From Planctomycetota bacterium (GTDB lineage: Bacteria > Planctomycetota > GCA-002687715), in contig SIAO01000002.1 in NCBI GenBank assembly GCA_009691765.1, positions 467-64,466 of the forward strand: 64,000 bases of DNA, given 5' to 3'. Numbering within the stretch: position 1 is the stretch's first letter; every line of letters begins with the position of its first letter. The notes under the pieces were generated by a model. The model did no database searches. It had not been told where the DNA came from and was given only the letters and a program-made list of their open reading frames with translations. The translations under genes and the position numbers were made by a program. Positions 9,993 to 18,175 of the stretch are shown one piece after another.

Positions 9993-10727
9993 ATGATCCA
10001 GTCCGGCGGCCCAGTGCAGGTTTTCCCCGGCGGTCCCGGAATTCGTCCTGACTACAAAGCTCTCGCCACAGCTAACGACCACTGCGCTAACGCGGCATGC
10101 AAGGCCGCAGTGGAATGCGCGAAGCAATGCGCTGCATCACAGAAGGACGCTGAGGAGTCTGCTGAGTGCCGCGTGGCGTGCCTGGAGGCCTGCGCGAAGG
10201 CTGCAGCGGCATGCAAGTCCTGCCGCACGGCCATGGCCCGTTGCGCAGCAGCATGTGCGCAGTCCATCAGCGCAACCGCGTTCCATTCTGAAGGCGGCTT
10301 CGTGAAAGACGGAACCACCGAAGGCGCTGAACCCATGAAAGTGGAAGTGCGCGTCAACGGCAAAATCGTCACGCCGAAGGGAGCACCAATCGCTGGCGCT
10401 GAAGTCCGTCGCGTCATGCTGCGTGCCGCACAAGACCAAGCAGCTCGTGGTCAGGCGCGTGGCGAAATCATGCACCATGCCGTGCAGCCCATGATCCGGA
10501 GTATGAAGGCCATGAAGATCGGCGCTGCCGATGCCAAGTCACGCGCTGCTGCCTTGCGCAAGACGATCGAAGCACTGAGCAAGCGCCTCAATGAAGCCGA
10601 GAAGGCTGAGAAGGAAGCGAAAGGCGAAGAGCGACGCAGAGAAGTCTGTGAAGGACGAACCGAAGGCCAAAGAGGGCTGAAGCCCACCTTGGAAGTTGCC
10701 CTGATACGCTGCTGCGCGCATGGATGA
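9993..10727 (+). CDS. cysteine-rich helical protein (DUF326/four-helix-bundle-like) with a Lys/Glu coiled-coil tail
   Basis: ORF 9894..10727; first ATG at 9993. Eleven Cys within ~60 aa: 'CANAACKAAVECAKQCAAS..ECRVACLEACAKAAAACKSCRTAMARCAAACAQ'. The 3' end overlaps the ABC ATPase start by 8 nt. The exact 3' frame is ambiguous. Confidence 0.5.
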   Translation: MIQSGGPVQVFPGGPGIRPDYKALATANDHCANAACKAAVECAKQCAASQKDAEESAECRVACLEACAKAAAACKSCRTAMARCAAACAQSISATAFHSEGGFVKDGTTEGAEPMKVEVRVNGKIVTPKGAPIAGAEVRRVMLRAAQDQAARGQARGEIMHHAVQPMIRSMKAMKIGAADAKSRAAALRKTIEALSKRLNEAEKAEKEAKGEERRREVCEGRTEGQRGLKPTLEVALIRCCAHG

Positions 10728-11523
10728 GACTCCGGCGCGCGGCGCTGTCTTGAATGGTGTGGGTTGGACGCTGCGAGACTGCGCCCTTCGCTTCGGCGCA
10801 GCTACCGTGTTGGAGCGGCTGAATCTCCAAGCCGAGCCGGGTTCGAGCATCGCTCTCGTGGGGCCAAGTGGTTGCGGCAAGACCACACTCTTGCGGCTGC
10901 TCGGCGGCGCTCTGAAACCCAGCAGTGGCAGTGTCATGTTCACCGATGGCAGCGGCGCAGAGGTAGGAAGCGCGCCTTTCGCTACGGCGTTCTGCTTTCA
11001 AGAACCACGCTTGTTGCCTTGGCTGACGGCCTTGGACAATGCAGCACTCCCGCTGCGCCTGCGCGGCGTGCCTCAAGCAGAAGCTCGCAACAAGGCTCAA
11101 GAACAACTGGATCTCGTGGGATTGCGAGCGGAAGGGGAAAAACTCCCGGGCGCGCTCAGCGGTGGAATGCAAATGCGCGTAGCGCTGGCCCGCGCTTTGG
11201 TGACGCATCCACAACTCCTCCTGCTCGACGAACCCTTCGCCGCCGTCGACGAAATCCGCCGCGCTGCGCTGGATACGGAACTCCGACGGCTCTGGGAACA
11301 GTTGCGTTTCACACTCGTGTTGGTGACGCACTCGGCTTCAGAAGCAGCTTTCGTGGGCGAGCGCGTTTGCGTGCTTGCGGCCGAAGGGGGACGCATCGCG
11401 ACCACACTCACGACGGCGCGAAGCCAACGCGACGCTCGCTTCCGCTTCGGCGCAGAGCACCAGCAAGATGTAGCCAGCATTGTTCAGGCGTTGCACGAGA
11501 GCAGCACGGTAGGCGCAGCATGA
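10720..11523 (+). CDS. ABC transporter ATP-binding protein (NitT/TauT family)
   Basis: Walker A 'GPSGCGKTT', signature 'LSGGMQMRVALARAL', Walker B 'LLLLDEPF'. Confidence 0.92.
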   Translation: MDETPARGAVLNGVGWTLRDCALRFGAATVLERLNLQAEPGSSIALVGPSGCGKTTLLRLLGGALKPSSGSVMFTDGSGAEVGSAPFATAFCFQEPRLLPWLTALDNAALPLRLRGVPQAEARNKAQEQLDLVGLRAEGEKLPGALSGGMQMRVALARALVTHPQLLLLDEPFAAVDEIRRAALDTELRRLWEQLRFTLVLVTHSASEAAFVGERVCVLAAEGGRIATTLTTARSQRDARFRFGAEHQQDVASIVQALHESSTVGAA

Positions 11524-12287
11524 AAGGCATCAGCATCATGTTGCCTCCCCTGCTGATGCTGCTCGCGTTCTTGCTGCTCTGGCAAGCGCTCGTGGTGTTG
11601 CTGCAACCTGGTGATTACGTCTTGCCTGCACCGTCAGCCGTGCTCGCCGCGAGTTTGGATCAACCCGTGTTGCTGCTGCGCGCGCTGGCGCAGACAACAC
11701 TGTCCGCAGTAATCGGTTTCGCCATTGCGGCGGCACTCGGCATCGCCCTCGGCAGCTTGATCAGTTTCAGTCCGTTTTTGCGCCGTGGCTTGTACCCGCT
11801 CGCCACGTTGCTGCAGATGGTGCCCATCGTTGCCATCGCGCCAGTGCTCGTCATTTGGTGTGGCTATGGGCGCCCGACCGTTGTGGCCAGCGCCGCCATC
11901 GTCGCGCTCTTTCCTGTGCTCGCGAACACTCTCGAAGGCATCCGCAGTTGCGATCCGAAACTGCATGAACTCTTCACCGTGTGCGGCGCACGACGATTCA
12001 CTCGCTGGTGGCGCCTCGAATTGCCAGCAGCGTTGCCGCAAATAGTCACCGGACTGCGTATCGCTGCTGGATTGGCTGTGATCGGAGCCGTGGTCGGTGA
12101 GTTCATCGGAGCTTTTGTGTCCGACCCTCCCATTGGAACTGTGATCCAAAGCGCGATGCGCGAAGGACGTACCGCCCTCGTGTTGGCCGCCGTCGCTGCA
12201 AGCTCTGTCGCAGGCTTCGCCCTGTTTGGTCTTGTCAGCGCAACAGGGCACTTGCTGCTGCGGCGTTGGCATCCGTCTGCCCACTGA
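11520..12287 (+). CDS. ABC transporter permease (NitT/TauT family)
   Basis: ATG 11520 overlaps the ATPase stop (ATGA). Six-TM BPD-type permease with 'FTRWWRLELPAALPQIVTGLRIAAGLAVIGAVVGEF'. The upstream part of ORF 10764..12287 is only an overlapping frame of the ATPase gene. Confidence 0.88.
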   Translation: MKGISIMLPPLLMLLAFLLLWQALVVLLQPGDYVLPAPSAVLAASLDQPVLLLRALAQTTLSAVIGFAIAAALGIALGSLISFSPFLRRGLYPLATLLQMVPIVAIAPVLVIWCGYGRPTVVASAAIVALFPVLANTLEGIRSCDPKLHELFTVCGARRFTRWWRLELPAALPQIVTGLRIAAGLAVIGAVVGEFIGAFVSDPPIGTVIQSAMREGRTALVLAAVAASSVAGFALFGLVSATGHLLLRRWHPSAH

Positions 12288-12295
12288 GAACTCTC

Positions 12296-13282
12296 ATGCG
12301 CGTCTCCAGACTCATCCACCTCAGCTTGGCCTTGTTGCTCTGCGCACTACCAAGTGCTTGTTCAGATCCTGCTGAAGCGCCGCAAGACGGCACAGCGCAA
12401 ACGCCATTGCGTGTGCAACTGAACTGGGTTCCAGAGCCAGAATTCGGCGGCTTCTACGCGGCGCAGTCCTCGGGAGCATTTCTCAGCGAAGGGCTTGTGG
12501 TCGAGCTCATTGCAGGTGGCGTGAACACGCCAGCCGGGCAACTGACCGCGCGGGGCTCAGTGGAGTTTGGCGTTGTCTCCGCAGAAGAAGTGCTGACACT
12601 TGCTGAACAAGGTGCACAACTCGTCGCGCTCTTCACTACGTTTCAACGCTCGCCTTTTGTGTTGGTGGTGCGTGCCGACAGCCCGTGGCATTCGCTGGAA
12701 GAGCTTTGGCGCGCGAAGGCACGCGCCGCCGTGGAGCCGGGTTTGCCTTGGATTGCTGAACTCGACCGCAAGCTCGGCGGCCACACCTTGGAGCTTGTTC
12801 CCTACAGCGGTCAGCTTGCGCCGTTCGCTTCCGGCGCCGTCGATGCCACGCAAGGCTTCATCGCTTCAGAGCCAGTGCAACTGCGCTTGCAGGGCATCGA
12901 AGTGCGCAGCTTTTCTCTCGGCGACAGCGGATACGACCCTTACGCGCAAGTGGTGGTGTGCAGTCGAACATGGTTGGACGGACACGCGAAAGAGGCGGCC
13001 GCCTTCGTGCGCGCTCTGCGCAAGGGTTGGACGGCTTACAACGCCGACCCACGCGCCTTCAACACCGCGATCGCCGCGCTCAATCCTGCAATGCGCAAAG
13101 AAGCCATGGACATCGCCGCCGAAGTGCAACTCCCGCTGATCGCACCGAGCGCAAGCGGTGCCGCTGGCGTGGGGCGCATGACACGCGAGCGCTGGATCAC
13201 CCTCGGTGCGCAAATGCACGCCGCTGGAAAACTGAAAAGCGCGCCCGCGAATCCGGACGCGCTCTTCGTCAATCTCGAATAA
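12296..13282 (+). CDS. ABC transporter substrate-binding lipoprotein (NMT1/THI5, SsuA/TauA-like)
   Basis: Lipoprotein signal 'LSLALLLCALPSAC' from ATG 12296. Type-2 periplasmic-binding fold of the nitrate/sulfonate/taurine group; last gene of the ABC operon. Confidence 0.8.
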   Translation: MRVSRLIHLSLALLLCALPSACSDPAEAPQDGTAQTPLRVQLNWVPEPEFGGFYAAQSSGAFLSEGLVVELIAGGVNTPAGQLTARGSVEFGVVSAEEVLTLAEQGAQLVALFTTFQRSPFVLVVRADSPWHSLEELWRAKARAAVEPGLPWIAELDRKLGGHTLELVPYSGQLAPFASGAVDATQGFIASEPVQLRLQGIEVRSFSLGDSGYDPYAQVVVCSRTWLDGHAKEAAAFVRALRKGWTAYNADPRAFNTAIAALNPAMRKEAMDIAAEVQLPLIAPSASGAAGVGRMTRERWITLGAQMHAAGKLKSAPANPDALFVNLE

Positions 13283-13288
13283 TGACAC

Positions 13289-13788
13289 TCACTTGCTGAT
13301 GGTGAGTGTGCTCTGAACCATTTGCACCGGCACAGCTTTGTTGGTGGCCAACCACAGCGTGTACAGCGTTTCACTCCAGCCGTTCGTAATATTGCCGTTC
13401 TTCAACGCCTCTACGTAGTGCTTGGTCATCTGCTGATAGTTCAGCGTCACTTCGGCTGTCACGGTTCCGGCTGAAATCACATACAGCGTGTCGTGCCAGT
13501 ACTGCCCATCGGCGAAATCCGTGTCCACCGCAGGCGCACCGCCAGCCGCAAACGTGGCGTTGTTGAAACCGCGTGGCGGAATGCGGTTGTCTTTCATGAT
13601 GGTGTCCGAGTGGACATGTGCGTCGTGTTGCCGATGGGCAAACCCGTCACCAGCGCTGCTTCCGGACTCAAACCCACATGCATTTCGTAGACCGTCGTGT
13701 TGTGCTCGTCGAGTTCGGCTTCAACCGGATCGTAGTAGCCGTACTCCATCAGCAGATTGCCTGCGCCGTCTTTGCACTTCACATTCAC
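13289..13788 (-). pseudogene. frameshifted, N-terminally truncated remnant of a secreted-protein gene
   Basis: ORFs 13594..13788 and 13289..13597 are consecutive but in different frames. Around 13605-13650 one frame reads '..TGLPIGNTTHMSTRTPS*' and the other '..HVHSDTIMKDNRIPPRGFNN..', so a 1-nt indel joins them. There is no start or signal region. Confidence 0.45.
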
Positions 13789-13831
13789 CCAGACGCGGCG
13801 GCGTCGCGGAAAGATGGCATAGGAATACTCC

Positions 13832-15298
13832 CTACAAGATGAGCAACCTCGCAGTCGGTGAAACAGCAGTAGGCTGCACGGTGACAGGATCGAAAGTCGC
13901 GGCTGCGATGTAGAGCGTCAAACCTGAGAGTATCGGCAACACCGGGATGTTCACCACATCCGGGCCATTGCTGACACCAGCAGCATTCAAAACTCCGACC
14001 GCGGCGAAATTGAGCCAAGGGTTGGGCGTGAGCGAATAGAGGAACAAGTCGTCCCAGCTCAGACCGAGCCCTCCGAGAGGCGTTGGAATAGGCCCGGTGC
14101 CTGCGGACGCGGCCACCTTGTATAGGTGCCCGGGGCGGCTCGGCGAGCGCACAGTCACGTTGATGCTCTGGCCAAGCTCAGGGAGACCGCTGAGCTTCAC
14201 AGCAATGCCGTGCGTTGGCACGACGCGGTAAACACCTTCGACAAAGGTCCCAGAGGCCCACTGCACCGAGAAGAACAACTCCCCCTGCGCGCCGATTTCG
14301 ACATCTAACGGGTGTCCGCAATTCGTGAGGAAGTCCCATGAGTTCAGCACCCACGAACCGTTGGAACGCTGATGCAAGTTCCCTTGCACGATCCGTTCAC
14401 CTTGTGGCGTAGGCGCGATGCCATTCCAAGAACCCCACTCCGCGACGAACACTTGGTTTGCAAAACCCGTCATCATCGTGCCGGTGTCGATGGCGAAACC
14501 GTTCGCGGAACAGTGCGGCGCAAACAAACCGATGGGTCCAGTCGTCGTGTTGCCACTCGGGGGAATGCCGCTCACCGCGGGAAACCCGTAGTTCTGCCCC
14601 ATGACGACATGGTTGAACTCATCGGGCGGATCTGTCGGGCCAAGATCGTCGCGCCCGTTGTCGGTTGCGAACAGCGCGCCTGACGGATGAAACTCAATGC
14701 CCCAAGGATTGCGCAACCCGCTGCCGACGATGGTGACCAAGGGCGAACCCCAAGGCACATTCACCGCGTTCGACGCCACGCGCGCAACCAAGGCACCACT
14801 TCCGGCGCTGGTGTTCGAACTTGCACCCTGCGCGATGTAGAGCCATTGGCCTGTCGCATCGAGCTTGATGTTGTTGACTTGATGGGCACCGAGCGGCAAG
14901 TTCAGCATGACCGTGGTGACGGTTTCGAAAATGTCATCACCGTTCACGTCCGTGAACATCGTGATCATGCCCGTGCCACCAGCGGGTGAAGTCAGGTGCG
15001 ACACATACAAGTCGTAGCCGATCCCGTTGGGCTTCCATGCGAGGCCATGAGGCCCCCAAGTACCCGCAACAAATGTGATCACATTGTCCGCGACGCCGTT
15101 GTTGTCGTTGTCTTCAAGGATGCGCACGCTGCCGTCACCGCATCCCGTGAACAGCCGTCCGCCCGGCCCGCGCATGAGTACGCGCGGATCAGCGGAACCT
15201 CCCTGCCAAAAAGCATTGACCGAGTACTGATTCATCGGCTGCTGGGCCCAAACACATCCCAGCAGCACTAAGAAAGCGAACGCGTTCCGCAAGATCAA
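13832..15298 (-). CDS. secreted PQQ-dependent sugar dehydrogenase-like (GSDH) beta-propeller with a C-terminal module
   Basis: Signal peptide 'FAFLVLLGCVWAQQP'. 'GLRNPWGIEFHPSGALFATDNGRD' and 'GQNYGFP' match soluble glucose/sorbosone dehydrogenases. The last ~110 aa match tails of other secreted proteins here. TTG start. Confidence 0.75.
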   Translation of the reverse strand: MILRNAFAFLVLLGCVWAQQPMNQYSVNAFWQGGSADPRVLMRGPGGRLFTGCGDGSVRILEDNDNNGVADNVITFVAGTWGPHGLAWKPNGIGYDLYVSHLTSPAGGTGMITMFTDVNGDDIFETVTTVMLNLPLGAHQVNNIKLDATGQWLYIAQGASSNTSAGSGALVARVASNAVNVPWGSPLVTIVGSGLRNPWGIEFHPSGALFATDNGRDDLGPTDPPDEFNHVVMGQNYGFPAVSGIPPSGNTTTGPIGLFAPHCSANGFAIDTGTMMTGFANQVFVAEWGSWNGIAPTPQGERIVQGNLHQRSNGSWVLNSWDFLTNCGHPLDVEIGAQGELFFSVQWASGTFVEGVYRVVPTHGIAVKLSGLPELGQSINVTVRSPSRPGHLYKVAASAGTGPIPTPLGGLGLSWDDLFLYSLTPNPWLNFAAVGVLNAAGVSNGPDVVNIPVLPILSGLTLYIAAATFDPVTVQPTAVSPTARLLIL

Positions 15299-15302
15299 AC
15301 CC

Positions 15303-15887
15303 TCAAGGTGTCACGGTCAACATCAGTGTGTTGGTGCGTTGGAACGCTCCGTTCGGCGCCAAAGCTGTTGGGTGGAACGACTGCACGAAAATACTGAGCC
15401 CAATAGCGCTGGATGGCAGCCCGAATGGACCGATTTGCAGGAGGCCCTGCGAATCCATGTTGGAGCCGAAGATTGGTCCAAGCAATCCGATGGGGTTGTT
15501 CAACGACAACATCCACGGGCTAAAGCCGATGCCCGCGAATCCAAACGGCGGAATCGGGGTGGGCCCTGGAATCGGATCAGCAAACACTACTGGAGGCAAT
15601 CCAGGCGTGCCGAGTACGCGGATGTATGGCGAGTTGGGATTCGCCACCGACATGGTGCCGAAGAGCTCGAGAGTGCTGGTGTCGCGCACGCCACCGCCAT
15701 ACAGCAGCGCGCGTCCACAGTTCAGCAAACCAGGCACATCCTCGTTGGGAGTGCCCACGGCAAAGTCGCCCTTGCCATCGTTGTCCCAGTCGCCGAGCCC
15801 GCAGACTGCGCGCCCGAACAAGTTCTCGTAACCCGTAGTGATGATAGTTCTGATCGCAGCACCGTTGGCACCGCTCACGGCCGACAC
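15303..15887 (-). CDS. FG-GAP repeat protein, C-terminal part (same frame as 15909..17009)
   Basis: The frame is continuous with the upstream ORF across a single TGA (15909-15911): '..GLPYIPP*SGVHYGRVSAVSGANG..GDWDNDGKGDFAVGTPNED..'. It carries the shared C-terminal module '..APNGAFQRTNTLMLTVTP'. Confidence 0.6.
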   Translation of the reverse strand: MSAVSGANGAAIRTIITTGYENLFGRAVCGLGDWDNDGKGDFAVGTPNEDVPGLLNCGRALLYGGGVRDTSTLELFGTMSVANPNSPYIRVLGTPGLPPVVFADPIPGPTPIPPFGFAGIGFSPWMLSLNNPIGLLGPIFGSNMDSQGLLQIGPFGLPSSAIGLSIFVQSFHPTALAPNGAFQRTNTLMLTVTP

Positions 15888-15908
15888 GCGGCCGTAATGG
15901 ACGCCGCT

Positions 15909-17009
15909 TCATGGTGGGATGTACGGCAAGCCGATTATCACGTCGCCGATTCCGTCAGCGTCGAGATCGGGCATGGCATCCAAGTCGATGCCAGCTTTCA
16001 AGTGGATCAAATTGCCCGCGAATTCCCAAAGGACATTGCCTGTGGCCGAGTTGAACGCACGCGCACGGCCTGCGTCGGTGAAAATCGCGTCATAGTCCGG
16101 AGCGCCCACGACAACATCGCGCACGCCGTCGCCGCTGATGTCCGGAACGCTGCACAACGCCCAACCATGGTGTTCCGCAGACTGAACTCCATTGAAGACC
16201 TGCAACAGCGTGCCCGCAGGCATCGCGTAGATATACGCTCGCCCGGCAATGCCGTTCACAGTTTGATACGGAGCCCCGACCAACAAGTCCGGGATGCCGT
16301 CTGCATTCATGTCACCGGCGTAGGCCACCGCGGCGCCGAAGCGATCGCCGACGGCTTCGCCGTTCAGAGTCAGCAAGGTGCTGCCATCGAGGCCGCTGCA
16401 CACGCGCACACGACCCGTCATGCTTGCAGCACCAGAAAGCCCCACTGCAAAATCAGCACGCCCGTCGGCATTGATGTCGCCGAGCCACGCCACCGAGTAA
16501 CCGCAGTTCTCGGCGAAAGTCACACCGGTCACGCTGTAGAGCAACGTGCCCGTCAAACCTGAGTAGACATAGGCACGACCGCGATTGTCGAAGGAGGTGC
16601 CCACATCAAAGCCAGGAGCGCCGATCAGCACGTCTGGCACTCCGTCCAAGTTGGCGTCGAAACCGCCCGCGACGTCGTAGCCGAACTGGTTGCCGGTGGC
16701 CTCACCAACGTGGGTCCGCACCGTGGCGCCCGTGGCCAAAGAGATGATGCGCACAGTGCCAGCACCGAGCGCCGGATCGTTCGCACCCACGAGCACTTCG
16801 GTGACGCCGTCGCCAGTCAAATCACCAGCACGTGCGAGCGACCAACCTGCACCAAACGTGCTGGTCGATCCTTCATTAATCCACATGAGCGTCTGAGCGG
16901 GCAAGAGTGCGCCGAAAGCGAGCAGTGCCACTGGCAACAACCACGCAAGAGCGCGACTGTGGCTCCGTTGGTCCGCCTCGCGGCGGTCGAAAATGCAGGT
17001 GGATGACAT
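15909..17009 (-). CDS. FG-GAP (integrin-alpha-like) repeat protein, N-terminal part ending at an in-frame TGA
   Basis: Signal/TM 'WLLPVALLAFGALLPAQT'. Repeats include 'GDLTGDGVTEVLVGAND', 'FDANLDGVPDVLIGAPG', 'GDINADGRADFAVG', 'GDMNADGIPDLLVGAPY', 'PDISGDGVRDVVVGAPD', 'DLDADGIGDVIIGLPY'. The ORF stops in mid-repeat. Confidence 0.8.
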   Translation of the reverse strand: MSSTCIFDRREADQRSHSRALAWLLPVALLAFGALLPAQTLMWINEGSTSTFGAGWSLARAGDLTGDGVTEVLVGANDPALGAGTVRIISLATGATVRTHVGEATGNQFGYDVAGGFDANLDGVPDVLIGAPGFDVGTSFDNRGRAYVYSGLTGTLLYSVTGVTFAENCGYSVAWLGDINADGRADFAVGLSGAASMTGRVRVCSGLDGSTLLTLNGEAVGDRFGAAVAYAGDMNADGIPDLLVGAPYQTVNGIAGRAYIYAMPAGTLLQVFNGVQSAEHHGWALCSVPDISGDGVRDVVVGAPDYDAIFTDAGRARAFNSATGNVLWEFAGNLIHLKAGIDLDAMPDLDADGIGDVIIGLPYIPP

Positions 17010-17188
17010 GGTTGGAGTCCTCGTGAACCTATATGTGAGCGCTGAAACTCTACCGCAACCCTAGAGGCTAAAGAAAGGGACGAGTTGCCCGGCATCAACG
17101 CAGGATTTGCGTGCAAAGAACGCTTGAAAATGGCTCTTCGAGCGCATGCAACCATGGTGCTTTGCTCAGCGCCACGAGGCCTCTTCCC

Positions 17189-17218
17189 TTGATCCCTCTC
17201 CCCGAACCCCGTAAGAAT
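17189..17218 (+). promoter_or_regulatory. candidate sigma70-type promoter for tRNA-Pro
   Basis: TTGATC (17189-94), 17-nt spacer, TAAGAAT (17212-18), about 55 nt upstream of the tRNA. The leader contains a CTGCAC-UUCG-GTGCAG hairpin (17239-17254). Confidence 0.3.
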
Positions 17219-17271
17219 GGCCCCGCTTGGGAGTTTGGCTGCACTTCGGTGCAGTCTTGACGACTGGCACT

Positions 17272-17348
<77 letters not shown>

Positions 17349-17358
17349 CAGCACAGCC

Positions 17359-17395
17359 AAAGGCCTCCGCTCACCGCGGGGGCCTTTCGCTTTTG
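17359..17395 (+). terminator. intrinsic terminator after tRNA-Pro
   Basis: GC-rich 12-bp hairpin AAAGGCCTCCGC-(TCACC)-GCGGGGGCCTTT followed by TCGCTTTTG. Confidence 0.6.
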
Positions 17396-17412
17396 CTCGT
17401 CGGCAGAAAGGC

Positions 17413-18063
17413 TCACTCGCCGTTCCAAGAAGGCCGGCGCAACAGCAGTAACTCGGCATGGGCGTCACGGCCACGAGCGGCCGGCACATTGATGCGTGCA
17501 GATTTGGCGAAAGGCGAAGCGGCAATCAACGCTTGGAGTTCTGCGGCTTCAAAGGGAACGCCGCGGACACGCCACGCTAACGGCAAGGTCGGAGTGACCC
17601 GCTCTTCCACAACGAGAGGCTCTAGCAAGTGAGCCATGCCGCCGGGGGCAAGCACGCGATGAATCTCGCGCAGTGTCGCGGCTGGCGCCACGCTCTCGCA
17701 CAGTGCATGTACAGCCACAACGCAATCAAAGCCGGCATCAGCAACTGGCAACAAGCGCAGCTCGGAGACGCAGAAAGTGCATCGCCCGGAAAGGCCGGCT
17801 TCGCGAGCCGCACCTGAAGCGCTCCTAATGGCGTCGCTCGAAGTATCGAGTCCTGTCAGTGAGCAACTCGGCGCTGCTTGCACCATGCGCAGACTCAGAA
17901 GTCCGACACCGCACCCGATTTCGAGCACTCGAGGAGCCCCGTGCATTTCGCGGAGCCGCTTCAGAATGTTCTCGAACAAGGCAGCTTCCGGCGCGCTGCA
18001 CCGCGGCGGCACGCGGACCGTGCTCAGAGTGTCTGCTCGACGCAACCAGTTGAAGATGCCCAT
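17413..18063 (-). CDS. class I SAM-dependent methyltransferase
   Basis: Motif I 'VLEIGCGVGLLSL', post-I 'LTGLDTS', 'FDCVVAVHAL'. Probable start ATG 18063 (MGIFNW..); the ORF is open to 18111. Confidence 0.8.
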   Translation of the reverse strand: MGIFNWLRRADTLSTVRVPPRCSAPEAALFENILKRLREMHGAPRVLEIGCGVGLLSLRMVQAAPSCSLTGLDTSSDAIRSASGAAREAGLSGRCTFCVSELRLLPVADAGFDCVVAVHALCESVAPAATLREIHRVLAPGGMAHLLEPLVVEERVTPTLPLAWRVRGVPFEAAELQALIAASPFAKSARINVPAARGRDAHAELLLLRRPSWNGE

Positions 18064-18175
18064 GCTGCGGTGCCATGTTAGCCGCCAGCACCAACGAACC
18101 GTCATGGCCAAGCGCGTGCAGATAGCGCTCCGGCTCCACTGACAACCCTCCTGCGACGGGTTCTAATAGTCACCC

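Noticed and set aside
10764-11519. N-terminal 252 codons of ORF 10764..12287, and similarly the first 145 codons of ORF 54226..56133.
   Set aside because: These stretches overlap well-supported genes (the ABC ATPase and mutS) in another frame and are Arg-rich nonsense. The true starts are the ATGs at 11520 and 55698, where hydrophobic membrane-protein sequence begins.
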